Source: a virus. Taken from it: a stretch of 42,526 bases of DNA. The notes under the pieces were generated by a model. That model saw nothing but the letters and a program-made list of their open reading frames with translations. It was not told where the DNA came from and did no database searches. Shown piece after piece: positions 24,920-33,177 of the stretch. The DNA lies in the UHGV virus genome UHGV-0239872; one strand, written 5' to 3'. Positions within the stretch are counted from its first letter, which is position 1. Every line of letters begins with the position of its first letter. A program made the position numbers and the translations under genes.

Positions 24920-25180
24920 TTAGCTCCCAATGCCGAGGTTACTTGCCACACCAGTTCCGGTGCGACGGCGGCGACCACCCAGCGTATCAGAGGCCGAGCT
25001 TACTTGGCCACCTGCCTGAATGGTTGGGGTGTTCTCGTTAGACAAGTCGGCGGCAAGGTTGGCTTGCATAGCCTGAGCCTTTACCTGCGCCGGGTCAGTC
25101 TTGATAGTGTACTGCGGCTTTTGGCTACCCAGTCCGAAGACGGAGCCAATGCCCTTGAATACTTTGCCTACGCTACCCAT
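24920..25180 (-). CDS. small Gly/Ser-rich virion-associated protein (gp6.7-like, 86 aa)
   Basis: ATG 25178-25180 with GGAGAAA SD; compositional similarity to T7 gp6.7. Confidence 0.4.
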   Translation of the reverse strand: MGSVGKVFKGIGSVFGLGSQKPQYTIKTDPAQVKAQAMQANLAADLSNENTPTIQAGGQVSSASDTLGGRRRRTGTGVASNLGIGS

Positions 25181-25611
25181 TACGGTTTCTCCAAATCTAT
25201 GAAGCGGTACTCCTGAACGTAAGGCCGCACCATATGGGAGTAACCGCACCAACGCACACCCGCTGAACGGGCCACGTCTTTGAGTACACGGAGGATGGCA
25301 CGCATCACTCCACGGTTTCTGTACTGGGGCCAGACGTATGAGGCCATAACGACCACCATCTCGCCCACATGAATATCGAATAACCTGCCGATGTGAGCAA
25401 CAGCCATGAGGCTGCCGTCATCGTCAGTGATGTAAACGTCAACGCAACCGGAGGCGGTGGCCTCGTACATGCTGTCCACAATCACATCGGGAGATAGGTC
25501 TGACCATGGCCGCTCAGCTTGAATGCCTTCGGCCACAGCACGGCGAATGTCGAGTGGCATCGTCGTGTGTGATGTATTTCCCATAGTAGTTACCTTAAAA
25601 CCCATAGTCAC
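25180..25611 (-). CDS. GNAT-family N-acetyltransferase-like protein (143 aa)
   Basis: RNRGVMRAIL matches the GNAT motif A (R/Q-x-x-G-x-G/A). Confidence 0.5.
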   Translation of the reverse strand: MTMGFKVTTMGNTSHTTMPLDIRRAVAEGIQAERPWSDLSPDVIVDSMYEATASGCVDVYITDDDGSLMAVAHIGRLFDIHVGEMVVVMASYVWPQYRNRGVMRAILRVLKDVARSAGVRWCGYSHMVRPYVQEYRFIDLEKP

Positions 25612-26075
25612 ACCTCTATGCCAGATAATCCCACAGCTACACGCATTTCAGATGCTTGCTCCAAAGTGTGCGCCACGCCGAGATAAGTCCACTTGCCGTC
25701 AATAGAGCCGTACACTTCATAGTTACCTGTGCGCTCTCGATAATAGGTTCCGGGCACGCCTGAGCTGTTGTCTGCCCGGCGACCCTTGTTAATGCTATTG
25801 CCTGACCTGTCTACCAGCCGCAGGTTGCATAGACGGTTATCCGTCTTGATGCGGTTGATGTGGTCAATCTCCATGCCCTCTGGAATCTTACCGTTGAAGT
25901 GTTCCCATATCATACGGTGTGCTGCTTCTGGCGTACCTGTGCAGTTAATCATGATGTAGCCATGGGCATTAACAGTACCCGCTACCTTACCACCCCACCG
26001 GGGCTTACCCTCTCGGTGCGTGACTACGCCCGTGTCAGGGTCGTAGTCGAACTTACTGTTGATAGCCTGCTTCAT
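25608..26075 (-). CDS. HNH homing endonuclease with C-terminal AP2-like DNA-binding domain (155 aa)
   Basis: HRMIWEHFNGKIPEGMEIDHINRIKTDNRLCNLRL is an HNH_3-type motif; free-standing between the RNAP and the structural module. Confidence 0.85.
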   Translation of the reverse strand: MKQAINSKFDYDPDTGVVTHREGKPRWGGKVAGTVNAHGYIMINCTGTPEAAHRMIWEHFNGKIPEGMEIDHINRIKTDNRLCNLRLVDRSGNSINKGRRADNSSGVPGTYYRERTGNYEVYGSIDGKWTYLGVAHTLEQASEMRVAVGLSGIEV

Positions 26076-26076
26076 T

Positions 26077-26262
26077 TCAAATCACTCTTTCTCTGATGAA
26101 ATCCAGAACGTCTTGCTTACCAGCCTCTCTGTTAATCAGAGGTAGGTTAGTATCGGGAGTGACTGTCTTACCTACCTGAGACCATGTACCGAAGTGCTTC
26201 TCCAGTAGAGCTATCTGTGCTTTAGTGAACTGAACTCTTTCGAGTGGAGATTCTTTACCCAT
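26077..26262 (-). CDS. hypothetical protein (61 aa)
   Basis: AGAGAGG SD 6 nt upstream of the ATG. Confidence 0.5.
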   Translation of the reverse strand: MGKESPLERVQFTKAQIALLEKHFGTWSQVGKTVTPDTNLPLINREAGKQDVLDFIRERVI

Positions 26263-26324
26263 ACAATCCTCTCTTAGTGGCAGTAACCCCCGCCACTGAC
26301 GGGGCTACCGGTAGCGTGATACAT

Positions 26325-26342
26325 ATCACTATAGTTACTTTC
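26325..26342 (+). promoter_or_regulatory. second copy of the ATCACTATAGTTACTTTC motif (plus-strand orientation), in an AT-rich structured spacer just after the RNAP gene
   Basis: exact 18/18 match to rc(4165-4182); extended similarity about 30 nt (TTAAA[T]GAAAGTAACTATAGTGATA); flanked by palindromes GTGATAtgTATCAC and GCTACCGGTAGC and a GC hairpin CCCCG-7nt-CGGGG. Confidence 0.4.
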
Positions 26343-26369
26343 TTTAAGTGCAAGAAATATAAGGCTAAA

Positions 26370-28799
26370 TTAGCAGAAGAATTTAGAGGATTTATTTACC
26401 TCGTTAATGTCTAACTGCCCCCGCGCTGGCGGCTCTTTACTATATCTCATGGCAAGTTGTTGAATTGGGTCATGTTGCTCATACATCTGTACGAACTTTT
26501 CACGAATGACCTTGTGGAGTAACCCGGCATGTGCAGCCGCCACCCCGAACGAATCGTGGATGGACACCATGTACACCCCGTTATTCCACATCTCCCACAA
26601 CACCTTCATCATGTGGCTGGCATCCATGGCATGTACGAAATTCGGAGCAATCGCAGCGGCACACTTCCTGCCGTCTGGTTTGTCGATATACTCCCGTAGC
26701 ACGATAGCATGTACCTTCATCAGATACAGCATCATGCGAGTCTCTTTACTTGCCTGATACAGATTAACCACACGCAGACCTGACGGGGCAGTGAACTCTA
26801 CATACTCGCCGTTGGCTGCCGCCTCAACCGCGATAGCCTGCAACCATGCCATCAGCTCTGCCGCCTTCGGCACAACGCGGGGGATTGCATTCCACATGAA
26901 CTCTGCGATGAACTGCGCACACTCCAGCAGGCTCTTGCCGTCCGGCAGCTTGACCCGGTTCTCTCGCAGATACAGGCAGTAGTAATCCACCATACCGTGC
27001 CGGGTTGCCCCGTACACGTAGGTCATCACTGGCTTCTTAGCCATCGCCCGGACAATACCGATTGAAACAAGCCACGTACCCATCTGCGTTGGTGACTGCG
27101 CTTCACTATCTTCAAGAGCCTGCATCGCCGCTGCTGCCGTCTTGAGATATATGTCTGCCTTTCGCCCCACGCTATTGATAAGGTTGACAGCAGCACCCCC
27201 AACTTCATCGCGTAACATTGCGCTGAGGTGTTGGAGACCTGAACATGTAGCGTCCCACTGCGTAACCACTCGGCAGGGATAAGTCTCAGGACTTCCGCTG
27301 TCGATAGCTCGAATGAGTTCAACAGATGCAGCCCACGCTGAGATAGGGCTATCGGCCTCAGACCAGAACGAATCAAATGCCTCTGGAAGACGGCACGCCT
27401 CACGTAGTCGGGGGAGTGTTTTGTCCGTCCACGCCGCCCGGTCGTCGAAGTCTGTTGCGTCGTAGCCGAAGCAATTCGCAACATGAACCTTGAGCCAGAA
27501 CAGCCCCTCAGTTCCGAGAGCCACTGGTTCCGCAAGCTCAAGCAGCGCTCGCACCGCGTCGATAGACTGAGGGTTAAGGGTCGAAGAATAATAAATTCGG
27601 CCCCGCGTATCGGCGTAAGTCGGGAGATAAATCCTATCGTACTGGGCATAGCGCTCGGCCTCTTTGACTGCGCCGTTCAGTGCCAGCATCTGCGACGTGA
27701 ACTTACGCAACTCATTGTAATACAAGCGAGTCTTCACCTTGTACTCATGAGCTTCCGCATCCATCTGCTGCTGCATCTCTGGTGGGAACTTGCTGATGTA
27801 CTGGGCGAAGCTGACGCCTGCCGGGATAGTGAATGGGAGCTTAGGCTCACGAGGCGGCACAGGCAGCCCCATAACGCCTGTACGGTTCGTTCGCAGGAAC
27901 TCCAGTACCATTGGGTTAACTCGGTACGGAACGCTGCTGAGCATCATACACGGCTCTATAACAGGGGTCGGGTCAACGTTCAATGCACGATACCCTTTGT
28001 GGTTCATGCGACTCATGACCCGGTACATCGCCGCCTGCCCATCTGAATGCCACATACCACTGCGACCATTCGGGGCAATCTGCTTCGGTGGGATAATCAG
28101 CGGTGGGCAGCACATGCCATCGGCACGCGGCATGTCCAGCCAGTCGTTCATCGTAGCCAGCACATCTTCATGCAGTGCGAAGTGTGCCGTACCGCGCTGG
28201 CGCTGGTTGCCGCCGACGCGAATCGTGGACACCAGACCAGTCGGCTCAACGCACTTCATCATCAGCTTGCCAATGGTAATCAGCGCACGCTGCGGCAGCA
28301 CATCAATCTCCACCCCAACGTTCGCCGCCGACGCACGCGCTTTATTGTAAACGTGGTTCGCTGACTTCGAGCGAGACTTCTTCACGTCCTGCTGCACGCG
28401 CTCCATGTAAGCCGCCTGCTGTGGCCCGGTCTGCTTCGCCCGGAGATACACCACCTCAGCCATTAGTGCCTTGCCCATATTCTTAAGCAAGCTCAGCACT
28501 GCCTGCTCTGACGCAGCACCGGACACCGCCATGCTCAGTGCAAGAGAGGCACACGCTTTGGCACCAATCTCACGCATGAACGTCCGGTACTGCGCACCTG
28601 CACCACGGGTCGTTTCGCTCAGGGTTTCTTGCATCGCAGCTTCGACCAGAGGATAAGCCTCAACCATCATACGCTGGAGCAACGGCACCGACCCGGCGCG
28701 GCCACTGGCCATCGCCTCTTTGATATTATCCAGCCAGCCCTCGCGGTGTCTGGCTCGCGCTTCTTCTTCAAGTCGAATCTGCTCTGCAAGTAAATCCAC
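26370..28799 (-). CDS. single-subunit DNA-dependent RNA polymerase (T7 gene 1-like, 809 aa)
   Basis: [20 protein letters not shown] (T7: [20 protein letters not shown]), [27 protein letters not shown] and IHDSFG motifs; AAGGAG SD. Confidence 0.96.
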   Translation of the reverse strand: [809 protein letters not shown]

Positions 28800-28801
28800 G
28801 A

Positions 28802-29116
28802 CTACTCCTTAACTTGTTTGCTCAGGTGCTCAATCAGCTTGCCGTCTTCGGCGTACTGCTCAACGAGACCTACACCGTACGATGGTTTGCCCGGCTCGTC
28901 ATATCCCGGCTGCGCTTGTTTGCGCTGGCCTAAGTCACTCAGTACAGAATGTTGCAGTACCGGGTCACTCGTACCCGTACCGCCGCAGGCTTCGCAATCC
29001 ATCAGGACTACCTGCCCACCAATCAACATGCCACGGTAGGTGCCGCTACCCATGCAGGCACCACACACTTTATGGTCAACCACCGTGTCGTCAATGGCTC
29101 TTTGATAACGACTCAT
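28802..29116 (-). CDS. DnaJ-type zinc-finger protein (two CxxCxGxG repeats, 104 aa)
   Basis: CGACMGSGT and CEACGGTGT; ATG 29114-29116 with AGGAG SD. Confidence 0.55.
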   Translation of the reverse strand: MSRYQRAIDDTVVDHKVCGACMGSGTYRGMLIGGQVVLMDCEACGGTGTSDPVLQHSVLSDLGQRKQAQPGYDEPGKPSYGVGLVEQYAEDGKLIEHLSKQVKE

Positions 29117-29124
29117 ACAATCTC

Positions 29125-29301
29125 CTACGCAAGACAGGCAAACAGAATAGCAGGGATGACAGCCAAGAATACCCACAGTATAAAGCCTGCTGCACCAGAC
29201 CTGTCAACGTGTGTCTTGTTGTACTGGTCGCACGCAGCCAGACAGACAACAGAGAACAGGGCAAACCATACCACAGCTACAATCCAAAGTAAAACACTCA
29301 T
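29125..29301 (-). CDS. small two-TMD membrane protein (58 aa, holin-like topology)
   Basis: two hydrophobic helices separated by a charged loop; ATG overlaps the upstream stop (ATGA). Confidence 0.45.
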   Translation of the reverse strand: MSVLLWIVAVVWFALFSVVCLAACDQYNKTHVDRSGAAGFILWVFLAVIPAILFACLA

Positions 29302-29876
29302 TTGCGTTTCCTTAATTCGAGTTCCAGAATGAACAGCGCATTGCACGCAGCGTGCGCCAGATGGTGCAGGTTGGATTCACTATCCAGTTCCTCACCCTTG
29401 CCCACCGCCGTCAGGTGCCGGAGCAGTGCTGACTTGTAGCGTTCCTCACCTTCCGGTACAGTCTGCCACGAGTGGGCTGCATACTTCTCAGCGCCGAAGG
29501 TGAGCACGCTGGCTACAGCCTCCAGTGCATTCGGGCAGCCATCGAACAGCAACGACATGCGGGGCTTGCCGCCGTCGAACTTCATGCCGCCCGGCCCCGC
29601 ACTCTTGGCCACGGCCACCTCAACATCACTGGCCGGGTCGTACGGGTCAACCGGGATGAACGCAGTCTCGACTTCTTTCACCTCGAACGGCTCCAGTACC
29701 AGCGTGTGGGTCTTGCCATCCTTCACGCAGGTGTAGTAATCGCGGCTGTCATTCGGCACATCATACGGTTCGTCGTACGTCAGGATGATACCTTGCTCAG
29801 CAATGTCGCTCAGCAGCGTGCCAGTACCCCAGTTGCGTGCCGGGTCTAAGATAAACTTCTGACCTTTCTTACCCAT
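29298..29876 (-). CDS. phage Gp49/Sf6-gp66-like / dNTP-diphosphohydrolase-N-domain-like protein (192 aa)
   Basis: KFDGGKPRMSLL...FGAEKY...YKSALLRHL...ESNLHHLAHA motif block; ATG 29874-29876 with GGAGGT SD. Confidence 0.4.
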   Translation of the reverse strand: MGKKGQKFILDPARNWGTGTLLSDIAEQGIILTYDEPYDVPNDSRDYYTCVKDGKTHTLVLEPFEVKEVETAFIPVDPYDPASDVEVAVAKSAGPGGMKFDGGKPRMSLLFDGCPNALEAVASVLTFGAEKYAAHSWQTVPEGEERYKSALLRHLTAVGKGEELDSESNLHHLAHAACNALFILELELRKRK

Positions 29877-30396
29877 TCGCCTTACCTCCATCGACCTTAG
29901 AATCAGCGCCATCGTATTTAGCATTGGCATGAACATACTCATGATTGTCCTCGTACCGGGTCACTTCATAAACCGTGATGCCGAGGCCACGCATGAAGTC
30001 AACGATGTGTGGCAGGTCGTCGAAAGCACACACGATGTTCTCAATGCCAATGTCCTCCAGCGCCGCCAGCTTCATCTCCGTGTCTTTACGGCAGTCGCCA
30101 ATCTCTCTCATGATTAGCTTGTCGTAAACCACACCAGCTTCGTCGAGCCACTGCTCGGTTACTTCACGGGCCACGGCTCCGCGTCCGGTCAGGATGATAA
30201 TGCGATACGTGAGGGCCAGAGCGTTCACAATATCAATCGTGTCCTGAAACGCAGGGTCGTCAGCGCCAGCCAAGTTGAACTCGGCCCACGCTTCGTCAAG
30301 GTGCCGCCGCTCCGGTGGAGGCAGCAGGTGTAAACGCCAACGGCCATCAGCCAGCGTGCCGTCAAGGTCTACTACTACGGTGTCTTTCATGTGCAT
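29869..30396 (-). CDS. HAD-superfamily phosphatase (175 aa)
   Basis: VVVDLDGTLAD is the HAD motif I (DxDGT); GAGGAA SD before ATG 30394-30396. Confidence 0.6.
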   Translation of the reverse strand: MHMKDTVVVDLDGTLADGRWRLHLLPPPERRHLDEAWAEFNLAGADDPAFQDTIDIVNALALTYRIIILTGRGAVAREVTEQWLDEAGVVYDKLIMREIGDCRKDTEMKLAALEDIGIENIVCAFDDLPHIVDFMRGLGITVYEVTRYEDNHEYVHANAKYDGADSKVDGGKANG

Positions 30397-30586
30397 CGTG
30401 TGCTTCCTCAAGAGCGAAGATAATATCTCGGACGTATGCCCAAGGCAACCAGACTTCCTCACCGTCCTGCGAAATACAGACGGTGCCATCTTTATACAGC
30501 TCGACCTGAGTGTTGGCCTCCCACTCAATGGAGAGGCCATCCTCTTTGAGCTGCACCACATCTTCTTGGTACAGTGTTCTCGTCAC
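30362..30586 (-). CDS. hypothetical acidic protein (74 aa)
   Basis: ORF in the gene-dense block; no motif. Confidence 0.4.
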   Translation of the reverse strand: MTRTLYQEDVVQLKEDGLSIEWEANTQVELYKDGTVCISQDGEEVWLPWAYVRDIIFALEEAHDAHERHRSSRP

Positions 30587-31710
30587 TCCAACATCTCCGG
30601 GCTAATAGTGAATCGTGCGACCTCACCGTACCGGGCATGATAAGTAATCACGCTCGCGCTGCGCTCACTCAGCCAACCACCACGAGAAGCGTAGGCATCC
30701 TTCGCCGCCAGCGTACGGTGCTGCTCGACAATCATGACACCAGACTCCAGTACCTTCTTGTGATGCAAGTGGCCAACGTGTGCATACGCATGTTTGGTTC
30801 GGCCATACACTTCGCGGAACTTGGCGACCAGTACAGTCTCCAGTTGTTCTGCCTTACGCTTGTGACCATGGTGGAAGAACAGTGCCGTCTCGCCATGCTC
30901 ATAGCAGTAGTACGGGTCAGGGCTGCGGTCAACAGTAACACGCGGCTCGTCGGCGTACAGTACATGCAGCAGCTCGCGCATCCAGATTGAGCTGGCCATG
31001 TCGTGGTTGCCCTCGGCACACACTACGTGAACCTGCGGGAACTTCTCCAGCAGCATACCGATGATGCGGCGCTGCGCCCGGATAGCCACACGCACCAGTT
31101 TCTGGAATCGCGTGTCAGCATCAAGCACATGCCCACTCGATGGCGTTACTGCATCCAACCCATCCCAGTGCAGGAAGTCACCGAGCTGGCCGAAGATGGC
31201 AACCTGTGCTGGCGGCGCACTGGCAATCGCTGCCGAGAACCACTTGACCAGCAGGTCTTCTGCAATCTTCATATCCCAGTCGTCGCCAGTTTCCTCTGCC
31301 CATGCCAGCATACCGAGGTGGTAGTCAGTCAGCACAAACAGGTTCAGCAGCTCCGCAGGTGCCGCGCCCCCGGCGTACGGTCGGGCAGCTTCCGGGGTGA
31401 TGCTCTCGCTAATTGCATCGACAGCTTCTTGCAGCAGCGCCAGCTCCTGCTCACGGTCGAGTGCCGTCTTCACCCACTGCATGACAACGTTGCCGTCCTT
31501 ATCGTACAGCGTGGACGTACCCTTCACCGCATACGGCTCCGGCACTTCCTTCGTCATGTCGTGCTCAGGACTCCAGCCGCTCTTGGCAAGCTGGCGCTTC
31601 CGGTATCGAATGGCGCTCTCGGTCATGTCATGCTTCTCAGCAATGGCCTTGGTGCCAAGCCCTTCGGCAATGTCTTCTTTGAGTTGGTGATTAGTTAACT
31701 TGGTCATCAT
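30583..31710 (-). CDS. N-terminal HTH plus calcineurin-like metallophosphoesterase (375 aa)
   Basis: LTDYH, GDFLHWD, GNHD, HHGH and GHLHH phosphoesterase motifs; N-terminal KAIAEKHDMTESAIRYRKRQL is HTH-like. Confidence 0.65.
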   Translation of the reverse strand: MMTKLTNHQLKEDIAEGLGTKAIAEKHDMTESAIRYRKRQLAKSGWSPEHDMTKEVPEPYAVKGTSTLYDKDGNVVMQWVKTALDREQELALLQEAVDAISESITPEAARPYAGGAAPAELLNLFVLTDYHLGMLAWAEETGDDWDMKIAEDLLVKWFSAAIASAPPAQVAIFGQLGDFLHWDGLDAVTPSSGHVLDADTRFQKLVRVAIRAQRRIIGMLLEKFPQVHVVCAEGNHDMASSIWMRELLHVLYADEPRVTVDRSPDPYYCYEHGETALFFHHGHKRKAEQLETVLVAKFREVYGRTKHAYAHVGHLHHKKVLESGVMIVEQHRTLAAKDAYASRGGWLSERSASVITYHARYGEVARFTISPEMLE

Positions 31711-32087
31711 TTCCCCTTAGTGATTAAGGCTCGCGCTTTCGCGGCTGCCGCCTTCTTACGTCTCTCGGCTGTCGCCGCTTTCTTCTCTGCCTCGGTCTTG
31801 TGCGTTGGGTACATCAGACCAGTGTGTTGCTTACGTCGCCACTCGATGGCGCTGTCCAGCCAGTCATCGACTGTGCGCTGGCGCTTCGCTCGGTTGGCAG
31901 AGTTCTCTACCTTACCGAGCTGAGCATTACACCAGCGACAGATGACACCGCGAATCTCCCCACTCACATGGTCGTGGTCAACCACCATGAGCTTGAGGTC
32001 TACCATCGGCTCGTTACAGAGTGGGCAAGGACAGCCCATCGCATTCTTCCGCATCTGCAACAAGGTCGCGCCAGTCACTTTCCGCAT
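31707..32087 (-). CDS. endonuclease VII-like Holliday-junction resolvase (about 126 aa; start uncertain between 32039 and 32099)
   Basis: CPCPLC...VVDHDHVSGEIRGVICRWCNAQLG matches the T4 endo VII motif (C..C...HLDHDH..G..RGLLC..CN); GAGGAA before ATG 32085-32087. Confidence 0.75.
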   Translation of the reverse strand: MRKVTGATLLQMRKNAMGCPCPLCNEPMVDLKLMVVDHDHVSGEIRGVICRWCNAQLGKVENSANRAKRQRTVDDWLDSAIEWRRKQHTGLMYPTHKTEAEKKAATAERRKKAAAAKARALITKGK

Positions 32088-32988
32088 ACCATTCCTCATT
32101 CAATTTCTTATGCAGCCAGACACGCAGCTCCTTGCTCAAGGTCAGCGTATTGAGGTGGGCTGCGAATGAGTAGGTCGGCGTGCGGTACAGCCACAACGCC
32201 ACTGCTTCTGGCCATGGGTTCTGGTCGCGCACCATGTACTCACGGAGCACGAACTCAGCCACAGCCGACTCGTCATCAGTCTCCTGATAATCGACCAGCA
32301 TATCGTAAGCTGTCTGCTTACCAATCTTCTTGACACCAGCGATGTTGTCGGCGCTGTCACCCATCAGCATCTGCGCCCAAAAGAAGATAGGCCCATGACC
32401 AATCAGCGACTTGTCACTCTTGGTCTCGTGCCACCACAGACGGCCAACACCTTTACACGGCTCCAGTACCTTGTTGTCGTACGGGTCGAGGAACCTGCCC
32501 GGCCAGCAGCGCAGGTCTTTATCCGCGCTGTAGATTACTGCATCGTTAATGCCAATCGTCCACGCGTCCATGATTAAGGTGTCGTCAGCCTCGAACTCAA
32601 AGTTCAGGTGAACGTACCAGTCCTCACCATCAGGAACGTTGAACATGTTCCGGCCAATTGCTTTACGCAGCGGCTCAACCAGACCGGGCTTGCGGTCTTT
32701 GTCGCGGTTGCCTTGGTACAGCTTGGCCCCACGCAGCTTGTACCGTCCAGCTTTCGTACACTCCGCAGCGGTCAACTCGATACGAACTGACTGGGCATTG
32801 GCGAGGAACTTGGCAGTCAGTACCCCGGAACAGAATCGTGTCTTCGCCGTCTCGATGTTCTTCGTGGTTGCTGCCGCGACGTAGACTGTCGAGTCAGCAT
32901 CACACAGCAGAATACGACCAGACACGTAACCATCAAACTGGTCATCAAGTTCCTCGGCATTGTGAAGCAAGCGTTTCAATCTGCTCAT
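32014..32988 (-). CDS. FEN-family 5'-3' exonuclease (T7 gp6-like, 324 aa)
   Basis: GRILLCDADSTVYVAA and VIYSADKDL match FEN/T5-exo motifs (DGxxxxY, SxDKDxxQL); GGAGAGAG SD. Confidence 0.7.
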   Translation of the reverse strand: MSRLKRLLHNAEELDDQFDGYVSGRILLCDADSTVYVAAATTKNIETAKTRFCSGVLTAKFLANAQSVRIELTAAECTKAGRYKLRGAKLYQGNRDKDRKPGLVEPLRKAIGRNMFNVPDGEDWYVHLNFEFEADDTLIMDAWTIGINDAVIYSADKDLRCWPGRFLDPYDNKVLEPCKGVGRLWWHETKSDKSLIGHGPIFFWAQMLMGDSADNIAGVKKIGKQTAYDMLVDYQETDDESAVAEFVLREYMVRDQNPWPEAVALWLYRTPTYSFAAHLNTLTLSKELRVWLHKKLNEEWYAESDWRDLVADAEECDGLSLPTL

Positions 32989-33142
32989 TCACTCTCTCCA
33001 TCAGCATGTCCTCAATCATCTTCTTCAAAGTGAAGAACATGTCGTAGCTCATTTCAACTTTCTCGCTGCGGCTTTTGATTACCATGCACATATCGCGAGG
33101 CTCGTCGTAAACGATAACCTCGCCCGGCTCTAACTCTCGCAT
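32945..33142 (-). CDS. hypothetical protein (65 aa, MRELEPGEV...)
   Basis: GGAGGA SD before ATG 33140-33142. Confidence 0.4.
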   Translation of the reverse strand: MRELEPGEVIVYDEPRDMCMVIKSRSEKVEMSYDMFFTLKKMIEDMLMERVNEQIETLASQCRGT

Positions 33143-33177
33143 GTATCCTCCACGGCACATCCCTGTGCCACTGTCAG

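Noticed and set aside
26325-26342. Reading the TATAGT inside the repeat as a sigma70 -10 element.
   Set aside because: No acceptable -35 sits at 16-18 nt spacing on either strand (the nearest, TTGCAC, is 14 nt away). The exact 18-nt conservation exceeds what a -10 hexamer needs.
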